Numbered from the stretch's first letter, positions 9,220-18,330 are shown. The stretch is DNA of 32,000 nt from Candidatus Nanosynbacter lyticus (GCF_000803625.1 NZ_CP007496.1:480001-512000), one strand, 5' to 3'. Numbers and translations: made by a program. The notes: generated by a model from the sequence alone, not told the origin.

Positions 9220-9333
9220 ACATAACTGTTCATACATAATATACATTTGATGTTTATTGCTTGACCTATTTAATTTATTATGCCAATATATTATACAATC
9301 TAATACTGGAGAAACTTATAAGGAAGTAAAGTA

Positions 9334-10143
9334 ATGATGGATTATGGTTACAACAACCCAAGGTGTAAACCGGAAGAAAGACGGCAAGCGAGACTCCGTG
9401 AATTAAGAAGGCAAGGAGCTACAGTCCTAAAATCAATAAATTCACTTGGTTATACAGTAACACATGATCCAGAGACCGGAAAAGCTCTTGAAGTGTCAAC
9501 AGGAAGAGCATTGGGAAGTATTATATCCCAGCCGATTGGTCCTGAATACGACACTAATGACGTAGAGAAAATGCGTATTATATGCCTTTGGGACTTCGGA
9601 CAGAATCTTTATGATAAATCAGACGAGGAAGTCGAGAAATATTATACAGAATCGATAAAACATCTTAGAAAGAAACGCATAGAACACCTATGGACTATTG
9701 TACTCATACATGAGCGCAATGAAGAAAATCCTATCGCTGAATATATGATCAAAGCAGAAGAAGCTATCCACGGACGCCCTCTGAACGATCAAGAAAAAAA
9801 TTCACTTAGGAGTAGTGATTTTTATAAACGCTTGCAAGAAACAGCCGCGAGCTGTATTCATCTCAGTGATTCGAAATTATTAGGTATCTATTCGGAGCTA
9901 TTAACTCTCTATTTAGAACTACTGGAAGATGATAAACGAGATGAAATCTTAGAAATGATTAACTGGATAGAGGAGATGGAAGAAGATAAAGACAAACTGA
10001 CCAGAATCTCAGAATTCCTAAAATCAATGGAAGAATACTCGAAAGCACTGGAGGAAGATGAGCCAAAAAGCACAGAGACGGAATCAACAGAATCAAAATC
10101 GACAGAAAGAAAACTTGGCGAAACTGCAGCGCGATGGCAATAA
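9334..10143 (+). CDS. Hypothetical acidic, helix-rich protein, no recognised domain
   Basis: 269 aa; AAGGAAGTAAAG upstream of ATGATG; low-complexity ETESTESKSTERK near the C terminus; flanked by the 67-bp direct repeats. Confidence 0.75.
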   Translation: MMDYGYNNPRCKPEERRQARLRELRRQGATVLKSINSLGYTVTHDPETGKALEVSTGRALGSIISQPIGPEYDTNDVEKMRIICLWDFGQNLYDKSDEEVEKYYTESIKHLRKKRIEHLWTIVLIHERNEENPIAEYMIKAEEAIHGRPLNDQEKNSLRSSDFYKRLQETAASCIHLSDSKLLGIYSELLTLYLELLEDDKRDEILEMINWIEEMEEDKDKLTRISEFLKSMEEYSKALEEDEPKSTETESTESKSTERKLGETAARWQ

Positions 10144-10151
10144 AACAGTCA

Positions 10152-10218
10152 TATTCCCCACCAAAAAACCGCCCCAGTAAGGACGGTTTTTTAGCACAAA
10201 TAAGGCTCTCAATGGTTA
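10152..10218. repeat. Direct repeat copy 2 (67 bp), terminator hairpin with one stem mismatch
   Basis: 66/67 identical to 9153..9219, offset 999 bp; only difference is T9173 versus C10172. Confidence 0.93.
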
Positions 10219-10275
10219 CCCATTGTCTCGCATAGAGCTGTTCTCGCATAATGTCTGTGCTTGAACTGGTTCTAA

Positions 10276-10665
10276 TTATATATCAAGATCGTCGAGTTCT
10301 GCAAGCTCTTTTCTGGTGTTTTCTGCGTAAGATGATCCATTTTCCACAGTTTCATCTGTTGAGTTATCCACAGAAGCATGATCGTTATAGCTATTACTCT
10401 CACGCTCACCAGAAAAACCATCATTATTAACGATCTTCAAGTTATATCGAGCGTCATTCTTTGCGCCCAAAGCTCGCAGAAGTGTACGCAAACTCTGTGC
10501 CGTACTGCCGCGCTTACCAATAACTCGACCCAAATCTGCTGGATTAACTGTCAATGTTAGTAAAACGCCCTTTTCATCAATCGTTCGGTCTACTACGACG
10601 TCTTCTGGATGTCCAACCAACGCCTTTACAGTATATTCTACAAACTGCTGATCTATTGTTGACAT
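10276..10665 (-). CDS. khpA: KH-domain RNA-binding protein (KhpA-like) with extended C terminus
   Basis: QFVEYTVKALVGHPEDVVVD ... LGRVIGKRGSTAQSLRTLLRALG; start MSTIDQQF at 10665. Confidence 0.85.
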   Translation of the reverse strand: MSTIDQQFVEYTVKALVGHPEDVVVDRTIDEKGVLLTLTVNPADLGRVIGKRGSTAQSLRTLLRALGAKNDARYNLKIVNNDGFSGERESNSYNDHASVDNSTDETVENGSSYAENTRKELAELDDLDI

Positions 10666-10735
10666 TCTGCCCCTCCTCCTGGAATTAAACTGTATTTTCA
10701 TTATACACGAGCGGTTTACGCCGTGCAAACTTTAA

Positions 10736-11452
10736 TTATTTCTCGCCAGATTCTTTATATTTGGCAATTGCAGCACGAGCAGCTTGCTGTTGAGCAACTT
10801 GCTTAGATGGACCAATGCCTCGCCCCATCATATTATCGCCAACAAAAACCCCAAGAGTAAAGACCTTATCGTGATCTGGACCTTCTTCGCTCAGGACTTT
10901 ATATACCGGCGTTTGATTGTCAACTCGCTGAGAAATCTCCTGCAAATACGACTTCGGATCACGCCAACTGCCCGACTCCAAAATTCCATCCAACTTAACA
11001 ATTATATGCTTGTGAATAAAATCGCGAGCATCGTCAAAGCCACGCTCCAAATAAATAGCGCCGATTACCGCCTCAAATGCATTAGCTAAAATCTGTAAAT
11101 GTGCTCGCTCCGAGCCATTCTTCTCGCCCTTTGACATACGAATCAGCGGACCATAACCCAACTTATCACCAGCATCACCAATACTTTCCGTTCGCACCAA
11201 AGCTGCCCGCCAAGCAGTCAAAATTCCCTCTGGCTCAGAAAAATGCGTAAACAAATATTCTGTCACCGCCAATTCCAAAACCGCATCACCTAAGAATTCC
11301 AAGCGCTCATTGTGATGATGAACGGATTTTCGATGCTCATTCACATAGCTACGGTGAGTCAAAGCTGTAATCAGCAAATCCAAATTTGTAAATTCAAAAC
11401 CTAATTTTTCGCGCGCAAATTCCTGATACGGAGTCGTGTTCATTCCACTCAT
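10736..11452 (-). CDS. rnc: Ribonuclease III
   Basis: NERLEFLGDAVLELAVTEYLF signature, ANAFEAVIGAIYLE, and a C-terminal dsRBD (DPKSYLQE ... SKQVAQQQAARAAI). Confidence 0.97.
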   Translation of the reverse strand: MSGMNTTPYQEFAREKLGFEFTNLDLLITALTHRSYVNEHRKSVHHHNERLEFLGDAVLELAVTEYLFTHFSEPEGILTAWRAALVRTESIGDAGDKLGYGPLIRMSKGEKNGSERAHLQILANAFEAVIGAIYLERGFDDARDFIHKHIIVKLDGILESGSWRDPKSYLQEISQRVDNQTPVYKVLSEEGPDHDKVFTLGVFVGDNMMGRGIGPSKQVAQQQAARAAIAKYKESGEK

Positions 11453-11950
11453 CTACAAGTTCTCCTGTCTAATTCGCTTCATCGCCAAAAGAATCAGCTT
11501 GCCAATATCTTCATATTCAACTTCATCCAGCGCCTCATGAAAACTAAACCATTTAAGACCATTCATCCACTCTTCCTTTTGGAGTCTCTCATTAGGATCC
11601 AACGCCTTAACTAGATAAACTTGCGTTGTCATCAATACCAATTTATCGATTCGACGATAACGAAAATTCACCTTGCCCAGCCAGCCGTGCAGTTCAATTT
11701 TCTTCAGTCCAGTCTCCTCGCCGATTTCCCTACGTGCTGTCACCTGAGCCGTTTCACCCGGCTCAATATGACCTTTGGGAATTGTCCAGCGGTCGCGAGC
11801 ATCTTGATATAGCAAAAATTCTGCCTCACCCTTTTTATTACGACGAAAAATAACACCACCAGCGGTTGGCTCACGTACAATTTCCTGAATCAGCGGTTTC
11901 TTACTACCGCCAAAATATTTTTTTATCTTATCAAAGTTGCTTGTTCTCAC
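11453..11950 (-). CDS. NUDIX hydrolase
   Basis: GHIEPGETAQVTARREIGEETGL Nudix box; probable GTG start at 11950. Confidence 0.92.
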   Translation of the reverse strand: MRTSNFDKIKKYFGGSKKPLIQEIVREPTAGGVIFRRNKKGEAEFLLYQDARDRWTIPKGHIEPGETAQVTARREIGEETGLKKIELHGWLGKVNFRYRRIDKLVLMTTQVYLVKALDPNERLQKEEWMNGLKWFSFHEALDEVEYEDIGKLILLAMKRIRQENL

Positions 11951-12389
11951 TGTCGGATTCCTCCACGAGAGTACGGAGCGCCGTGCCTAGCACGCCATTC
12001 ACAAACTTACCCGAGTTATCCGAACCGAACGCTTTTGCTAGTTCTACCGCCTCATTAATCACCACTTTTGGCGGAACCGTATCTGCACAGTAGAGCAATT
12101 CATACAAACCAATTCTTAGAACTGTTCTATCAACCCTAGATAGCTGGTCAATTGGCCACTCTGGAGCTAAAGGTTTTAGCTTTTCGTCCAATTCCATCTG
12201 ATTCGCCAGTACGCCACTAACTAGATTATCAACAAATTCAACGTCATCAACGGATGATTTATACTCCGCTAAATTACGCTGTAAGATACTTTTGTAGTCA
12301 ATACCAGCATCGCCCACCTCTGCACGAAACTCATATTCATACAGTGTCTGCAACGCGACAATTCGTCCTAAATGACGGTTTGATGCCAT
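11931..12389 (-). CDS. nusB: Transcription antitermination factor NusB
   Basis: 152 aa; ALQTLYEYEF, WPIDQLSRVDRTVLRIGLYELLY, PPKVVINEAVELAKAFGSDNSGKFVNGVLGT. Confidence 0.95.
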   Translation of the reverse strand: MASNRHLGRIVALQTLYEYEFRAEVGDAGIDYKSILQRNLAEYKSSVDDVEFVDNLVSGVLANQMELDEKLKPLAPEWPIDQLSRVDRTVLRIGLYELLYCADTVPPKVVINEAVELAKAFGSDNSGKFVNGVLGTALRTLVEESDSENKQL

Positions 12390-12413
12390 TACTAAGCGTC
12401 CTGTTCGTAATTA

Positions 12414-12560
12414 TTATTTTGTTGTTTTACCAGTTTCACGCTTAGTCGTCTTCACTTTCACTGGTGAAGTTCCATTAACGCGACGTGCCAATTTTAATAC
12501 CAAATGACTGCGACGAAGTCCAGTTTTACGTGGACTGCTCTGTTTTTTAGGCTGTGCCAT
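12414..12560 (-). CDS. rpmF: 50S ribosomal protein L32 (48 aa, no zinc cysteines)
   Basis: Reverse translation MAQPKKQSSPRKTGLRRSHLVLKLARRVNGTSPVKVKTTKRETGKTTK; absent from the ORF track because it is under 60 aa. Confidence 0.85.
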   Translation of the reverse strand: MAQPKKQSSPRKTGLRRSHLVLKLARRVNGTSPVKVKTTKRETGKTTK

Positions 12561-12661
12561 AATTTATTCTCCTCTTTTAGGTTGTCATAAAACTTACGTA
12601 CCATTATACCTTTTTTATTAGGTAATCTCAAGGTTTTATCTAAAAATTATACAAGTGTATT

Positions 12662-12690
12662 GACTTTTTGTATTGGTTATGTTAATATAT
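12662..12690 (+). promoter_or_regulatory. Candidate promoter for the 12696 ORF
   Basis: TTGACT, 17 bp, TAATAT immediately before the ATG; little or no room for a leader. Coordinates approximate. Confidence 0.4.
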
Positions 12691-12695
12691 AAAAC

Positions 12696-13223
12696 ATGAG
12701 TAAAGAACAGTTTACACCACAAAGTAACGAGGACGACAGACCTGTAATAGAAATACCAAAATCTGTAGTTAAAATTGGTGCAGTAGCATTAGCCACGTTA
12801 GGATTAGCTGGAGCTGCGAACACCCTGGGATTGTTCTATAGCCCTAAATCACCAGAAAAAGGACCAAGCCCTGCTCACCAAGTAGCTCAAGTTGTAGAGG
12901 ATTATAGTAATGGAGTCATCACGGAGCTACCAGAAGATACAGAAATTCGCACTGTCACACTTGAAGAGGGAGAAAACCCGACTTCGGTGGCCGAAACAGC
13001 CATGGAAGAATACAACGAGGAAAATCCTGAAAATAAGATAGACACTAATGAGGCAAGAAGCTCCATACATGAAACTAGCATTAGTATGAAAGAGATCTAC
13101 AAAGATGAGACGGGCAATACAGAGATCCAGCCGGGAGCTATAGTTAACATTGCCATAGGTGACATAAACGGTGACGGAAAGCCAAGTGTAGCCATAACAG
13201 GAATAGAAGACGGATCGAAATAG
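12696..13223 (+). CDS. Hypothetical membrane-anchored or secreted protein
   Basis: 175 aa; short cytoplasmic N terminus, one hydrophobic helix (VVKIGAVALATLGLAGAANTLGLFY), acidic ectodomain, C-terminal DINGDGK. Confidence 0.7.
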   Translation: MSKEQFTPQSNEDDRPVIEIPKSVVKIGAVALATLGLAGAANTLGLFYSPKSPEKGPSPAHQVAQVVEDYSNGVITELPEDTEIRTVTLEEGENPTSVAETAMEEYNEENPENKIDTNEARSSIHETSISMKEIYKDETGNTEIQPGAIVNIAIGDINGDGKPSVAITGIEDGSK

Positions 13224-13231
13224 GCTGTTTT

Positions 13232-15718
13232 CTAGACCACGATATTCACCAGCTTGCCTGGAACATAAACCATCTTTTTAGGTGGTTTATTGTTTGTAAA
13301 CTTTTGGACGTTTTCGTCAGCTAGAGCTACTGCTTCAACGCCCTGCCGGTCGGTATCTACTGGTAATTTAAGCTTTGATCGAAGTTTGCCGTTAACTTGG
13401 ACAATGATGGTCATCGTATCACTCTTTAAATATTTTTCATCCCATTTTGGCCAGTGATTGACATGAATGGTATCAGTGTGGCCCAATTCCCGCCACAATT
13501 CTTCAGTGATGTGCGGTGCGAATGGCGCTAAGATTTGTAGTAAACTCTCCAGAGTGAATCGCCATGTTCCTGATGCTTGCATACTGTGCGACTCTTTGAA
13601 CTTGTACAGACCGTTGACCATTTCCATCATTGCCGCCACGGCTGTATTGAATTTCTCGTCCTCAATGTCACGAGTGACTTTTTTGATGGTTGAGTGCGTC
13701 AGACGAAGCAGTTCTTGGTCATCTTCAGAAGTAGATTCAGGCGCCGCTACAAATTCCTGCACCACATTCCATACTCGATTTAAGAACCGATACGTCCCTG
13801 GCACCCCACGCGGATCCCACGGCGCATCCATATCGTAAGGCGCGATGAACATCTCGTACACGCGCAGCGCATCGGCACCGTAACCACTGTCCATAATTTC
13901 CATCGGATCGATGACATTACCCTTGGATTTACTCATCTTTTGACCGTCCGGTGCCATGATGTAGGCGTTATACATCATCCTCTTGAACGGCTCCGGTGTC
14001 GGCACCAAGCCCAGTTTATAGAAAAATCGCATCCAGAAACGACTGTACAGCAGGTGCGCAACCGCGTGGTCGGCACCGTTGTAGTAATCGACCGGCATCC
14101 AATGATCAATTCTCTCAGGATCCCACGCCTGAGCGTCATTGTGCGGATCAAGATAGCGCAGGAAATACCAGCTGGAACAAGCATAGCCATCCAACGTGTC
14201 AGTTTCGCGGCGGCCTTCACGCCAATTGTCACCTACTGGCTTCGACTCAGTAATCGGCACGGTTTTACCCGTCTCGACGTCAACCCACACGCGCACCCAA
14301 TCATCAACTTGCGCTAGGACCGACGTATTACCGCCCGTCGGCTTGAAGTTCTCGACCTCTGGCAGGATCACCGGCAGACACTCGTCCGCCACAGCAATTG
14401 GTTCAAAACCATCAACATGAACCATCGGAATTGGCGCACCCCAGTACCGCTGACGAGAAATCAACCAATCGCGCATTTTGTAAGTAGTTTTACCTCGACC
14501 AGAACCCTGCTGTTCCAGCCAGGCTACGATCTGCTCGCGGGCGTCCTCGCTGCGCGTACCGTCGAATTGCCCAGAATTGATCAACTCACCTTCGCCTGTA
14601 TAGCAACCGATGTCTGCCGAATCCTCTGGTTTGTCAACCACCTGAACAATCGGCAGATCGAATTTCTCAGCAAAGGCAAAATCACGTTCATCATGCGCTG
14701 GTACCGCCATGACCGCACCCGTACCATAGCCACTCAGTACATAGTCCGCCACCCAGATTGGTAGCTTTTGGCCATTGACTGGGTTGATGGCATAGCTGCC
14801 AGTAAAGACGCCGGATTTATCTTTGTTTTCCTGGCGCTCAACGTCAGACTTCTGCTGAGCCGCTTGAACGTATGCTTCAACCTTGGCGCACGTGTCGGCA
14901 TTGACCAACTGAGAAACCAGTGGATGTTCTGGCGCCAAGGCGACATAACTGGAGCCAAACAAGGTGTCGGGGCGCGTGGTGAATACGGTAATGATAGCAT
15001 CCTGTCCGTTGACTACAAAATCAACCTCCGCGCCAACCGACCGGCCAATCCAGTTTTTCTGCATGGTCTTGACCATTTCCGTCCAGTACAAGTCGTCAGT
15101 CGCCTCTAGAATCTCATCAGCATAGGCGGTGATGCGGAAAAACCACTGTTTGAGGTTGCGCTTGGTGACGGGGTTACCGCAGCGCCAACATTTACCGCCC
15201 TCAACTTGCTCATTGGCTAGTACCGTATTGTCGGTATCGCACCACCACTGCGGCTGTTCCTTTTGGTATGCCAAATCGTGCTTGTATAGCTGGGTAAAAA
15301 TCCACTGGGTCCATTTGTAGTACTCTGGGTCAGCAGTAGAAATTTCCTTTGACCAATCATAACTAAATCCGAGACGCTTCAGCTGGGCGATGAAATGCGC
15401 TTTGGCTTCGTCGTGAGCCACCCGCGGCGTTTTACCGACCTTGATGGCATAATTTTCCACGGGGAGACCAAAACTGTCCCAACCAATTGGATGGTACACA
15501 TTGTAGCCTTGCTGACGCTTCAGGCGCGCTTTGATGTCGGCAAACTGAAACGTCCGACCGTGACCGATGTGAATGCCAGCCCCGGTGATACCAGGCAGCA
15601 TACTAAGACTATAGTATTTTGGGCGCGTTGTATCACTAAGATCAGCGACGTAGGTGCCATCAGCTTCCCACTTATCTTGCCATTTTTTCTCAATTTCCGT
15701 CGGATTGTAGCGTTTCAT
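13232..15718 (-). CDS. leuS: Leucine-tRNA ligase
   Basis: HIGH motif variant HIGHGRTFQ, KMSKSKGNVIDP, Zn-type CWRCG, editing domain, C-terminal VQVNGKLRSKL; start MKRYNPTEIEKKWQ at 15718. Confidence 0.97.
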   Translation of the reverse strand: MKRYNPTEIEKKWQDKWEADGTYVADLSDTTRPKYYSLSMLPGITGAGIHIGHGRTFQFADIKARLKRQQGYNVYHPIGWDSFGLPVENYAIKVGKTPRVAHDEAKAHFIAQLKRLGFSYDWSKEISTADPEYYKWTQWIFTQLYKHDLAYQKEQPQWWCDTDNTVLANEQVEGGKCWRCGNPVTKRNLKQWFFRITAYADEILEATDDLYWTEMVKTMQKNWIGRSVGAEVDFVVNGQDAIITVFTTRPDTLFGSSYVALAPEHPLVSQLVNADTCAKVEAYVQAAQQKSDVERQENKDKSGVFTGSYAINPVNGQKLPIWVADYVLSGYGTGAVMAVPAHDERDFAFAEKFDLPIVQVVDKPEDSADIGCYTGEGELINSGQFDGTRSEDAREQIVAWLEQQGSGRGKTTYKMRDWLISRQRYWGAPIPMVHVDGFEPIAVADECLPVILPEVENFKPTGGNTSVLAQVDDWVRVWVDVETGKTVPITESKPVGDNWREGRRETDTLDGYACSSWYFLRYLDPHNDAQAWDPERIDHWMPVDYYNGADHAVAHLLYSRFWMRFFYKLGLVPTPEPFKRMMYNAYIMAPDGQKMSKSKGNVIDPMEIMDSGYGADALRVYEMFIAPYDMDAPWDPRGVPGTYRFLNRVWNVVQEFVAAPESTSEDDQELLRLTHSTIKKVTRDIEDEKFNTAVAAMMEMVNGLYKFKESHSMQASGTWRFTLESLLQILAPFAPHITEELWRELGHTDTIHVNHWPKWDEKYLKSDTMTIIVQVNGKLRSKLKLPVDTDRQGVEAVALADENVQKFTNNKPPKKMVYVPGKLVNIVV

Positions 15719-15734
15719 ATCTGTAATTATAGCA

Positions 15735-15761
15735 AAAATCCCGCTCATTACGAACGGGATT
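15735..15761 (-). terminator. Terminator downstream of the 15789 gene
   Basis: AATCCCG-TTCGTAATGAG-CGGGATTTTT hairpin on the minus strand. Confidence 0.65.
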
Positions 15762-15788
15762 ATACTTATCCATGACAAACGACCAATA

Positions 15789-16847
15789 TTATAGCAGAGA
15801 TAGGCTGTCCAAAAGTTCTTTCATATTAGCAGCATCCGATGGAATTTCCACTTCACTAGCTTTATTCATATCAACATCTAAAGAAGCTTCAATGGTAGTA
15901 TCGTTAGCCCTACCCTTAAACTCAATCGCCCTTAATTCATGCGAGAATCCACTAGCCCACAACTTTAACGAAGCATCGCCATCAGACGATTCGCCAGTCT
16001 CATTATCGATCTTTTTACATTTGCTCATATCTTTACCAACTGACGAGTCTTTTAGTTGTTCGGCAAACTTACTAAACTTATCGTGATTACCCTTTATTTC
16101 AAAACCACGACCACCGTTACGATCGCTCAACTTCGTGTCTTTAATGTCCAAAAAGTTATTCTTCCGGTAGAGCTGAGCAATCTCCTTGCGAATACCTTCA
16201 TCTCTTCGCATTTTCTTTAATGCTTCAGTATAGCACTTGTAGTCATCGTTTTTAAGATCATCAGAAGAAATCTTCATCCATTTACCATTAAAGTTATCTA
16301 ATACAGGCTCAAGTTGACTCAACATTTCATCGCGATATTCTTTCCTCTGGTCTTTTGATAATGCAAAACCAGACTTTGCAGATTTCTCCTCCATCATAAG
16401 TTCAAAAATGTCAGAGAACGAGTCTTTTAGATTGTCAATTTTTACATATACCGTACCATCGCCATCAACAACAACGTCGCCCTTGAACGAAAAACTTTTA
16501 TCAATGTCTTTAATGGTTAGCTTTGCGTCAATATTGGATTTTACTTTATCAGAAGCAGAGTTAGCTTTCACGTTAAGCTCTAGCTTTACTGAATCTTTCA
16601 TATTAGCCACGATTTTCCCATTAACAACAGCCTTCTTTGACACAATCGCGTTGGACACAGCGTCGGTAACCATTTTTTCTGGGTTTTGCCACCACAAGAA
16701 ATAAGTCAATAAAGCAGCAATTATTGCGACAATCGCCAGCACACCTAACGTGATACCGACAATTAATCCTGTCTTTTTCTTCTTTGACTGTGGTGCGACC
16801 ATATTGCCGTATGGCGGCTGCGGTGCAGGCTGGTTATTCTGATCCAT
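15789..16847 (-). CDS. Hypothetical membrane-anchored protein with large extracellular region
   Basis: 352 aa; proline-rich N terminus, KKKK then one TM (TGLIVGITLGVLAIVAIIAALLTYFLWW), beta-rich ectodomain. Confidence 0.75.
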   Translation of the reverse strand: MDQNNQPAPQPPYGNMVAPQSKKKKTGLIVGITLGVLAIVAIIAALLTYFLWWQNPEKMVTDAVSNAIVSKKAVVNGKIVANMKDSVKLELNVKANSASDKVKSNIDAKLTIKDIDKSFSFKGDVVVDGDGTVYVKIDNLKDSFSDIFELMMEEKSAKSGFALSKDQRKEYRDEMLSQLEPVLDNFNGKWMKISSDDLKNDDYKCYTEALKKMRRDEGIRKEIAQLYRKNNFLDIKDTKLSDRNGGRGFEIKGNHDKFSKFAEQLKDSSVGKDMSKCKKIDNETGESSDGDASLKLWASGFSHELRAIEFKGRANDTTIEASLDVDMNKASEVEIPSDAANMKELLDSLSLL

Positions 16848-16886
16848 ATCCCCCCCTTATACTTATTTAATATCAATATAGCACAT

Positions 16887-18176
16887 TTAGTCCTTAAATT
16901 GTGAGAAAAATTGATTCTTTCTGGCAATCCATTCCGGAGTTTGGCGGACCAGATATTTATCATCCTCAGTACTGTGAAGATTGATCTTTATCGACTCCTC
17001 TAGCCATACGCCGCCGCTCGATCCCTTAAACAATGCAATTCCCTCTGACCTCAATTTATCCCGCACAAACGATCCGGCCTCGATAGCGTTTTTACACTCT
17101 TTTACCTGACAGCCTTTTTGGCGAGCGGCTGGCGCCAAATATTGATTAGCTTTATCACCCACCGTAACGACCCAGTCCAATAAATCCGGGTTACAATTCG
17201 CGCCGAGTTCAGCATGAACTTGCTCAAAAATCCCTTTCAAACCGTTCATATTACCAAGCACAGCAATTCGCTGTGGCGTCTCTATTCGGTAAAGAGATTG
17301 GAGAGCCGCCAATGCCGTCAGTGGCGTTGAACTATAGCTATCATCAATCAGCCACGTGTTATCGGCCCCCTTCAGTAAATTCATCCGACCTGGCAGCGGC
17401 CGCAAAGATTCCACGCCCTTTTTGATATTCTCCTCAGACTCACCTAAAGCATAGCCGACAGCTGCCGCGACTACTGCTGGACGGACGTTGTGTTCGCCAA
17501 TCAGCTTAACGTCAACTTCTAGACCGTCTGGATTTTCTGGTGACATAATAAAACCATGATGGCCATCCGTCAAAGAAAAATTACGATCATCAAAATTATA
17601 CTCTGCCACCGGATCGCTGCCGTAAGTAGTAATGTTAGGATTTGTCAGAAAGCTCGCAAAACGCCCATCAATATCATCACGATTAATCATTGCCATACGC
17701 GAATAGTTAGCCAAAGAAATCATCTCATTCGCCACCTCTTCCAAAGAGTGTTCAACCTGCATACGACCATTTGTCGCAGACGTCACAACCGCAATATCAG
17801 GCATTATATAATTTTTAAACCATAAATTATAACCAGGCTCTTTCGGGTTAAATTCCTGGACAATGATCTGAATATCCGGCTTCTCAGCCTTAATTCTTTT
17901 CTTTACCGCCCTTATTACCTTCCACCATTTGAATAAGCCTTTTTCCGGCATCCTAACACCCATCATCTGTAGTAAAACGTCGGCTTTTGTTTTTGGCTCA
18001 TCAGTACGGAGTTGGATATCAAATTGCCGAGATAAAACTGTACCAATAGCAATTTTTGCACTAGCCTTCCCAGCACTGCCTGTTACTGCCACCAATCTAA
18101 CTTCTGGATGAGCAGCAAAAAACTCCCGCACTAATTCTGCTAGTTTTTCTTCCCTCTTTTTTGAAACCGTAACCAT
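16887..18176 (-). CDS. Mur ligase family protein (MurF-like central and C-terminal domains)
   Basis: 429 aa; VTGSAGKASAKIAIG, EHNVRPAVVAAAVGYALG, PLPGRMNLLKG, WLIDDSYSSTPLTALAAL, RIAVLGNMNGLKG. Confidence 0.8.
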   Translation of the reverse strand: MVTVSKKREEKLAELVREFFAAHPEVRLVAVTGSAGKASAKIAIGTVLSRQFDIQLRTDEPKTKADVLLQMMGVRMPEKGLFKWWKVIRAVKKRIKAEKPDIQIIVQEFNPKEPGYNLWFKNYIMPDIAVVTSATNGRMQVEHSLEEVANEMISLANYSRMAMINRDDIDGRFASFLTNPNITTYGSDPVAEYNFDDRNFSLTDGHHGFIMSPENPDGLEVDVKLIGEHNVRPAVVAAAVGYALGESEENIKKGVESLRPLPGRMNLLKGADNTWLIDDSYSSTPLTALAALQSLYRIETPQRIAVLGNMNGLKGIFEQVHAELGANCNPDLLDWVVTVGDKANQYLAPAARQKGCQVKECKNAIEAGSFVRDKLRSEGIALFKGSSGGVWLEESIKINLHSTEDDKYLVRQTPEWIARKNQFFSQFKD

Positions 18177-18224
18177 AACTATATCATACCATAAGCATCA
18201 TAGAAGAGCTGCTACGCGCCCACC

Positions 18225-18330
18225 CGGGGCATTTTGAAAATGTGTTTGTCTTTCAATTGGCAAGCATAGGAGATGCCCCTATGCGTACCAGCTCACTTGT
18301 GATTATGCACCAATTGTCACAAAAACACAA
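18225..18330. other. Intergenic region with nested and mutually exclusive inverted repeats (candidate structured RNA or attenuator)
   Basis: GCATAGG/CCTATGC (18264-18270/18278-18284), CAATTGG/CCAATTG (18254-18260/18310-18316), TGTGTTT/AAACACA (18241-18247/18323-18329), and GGGGCAT/ATGCCCC (18226-18232/18273-18279), which overlaps the first. Confidence 0.5.

Noticed and set aside
13467-15775. Numerous plus-strand ORFs of 60-126 aa opposite leuS
   Set aside because: They are antisense shadows of a confidently assigned core gene, with no ribosome-binding sites or plausible domains.
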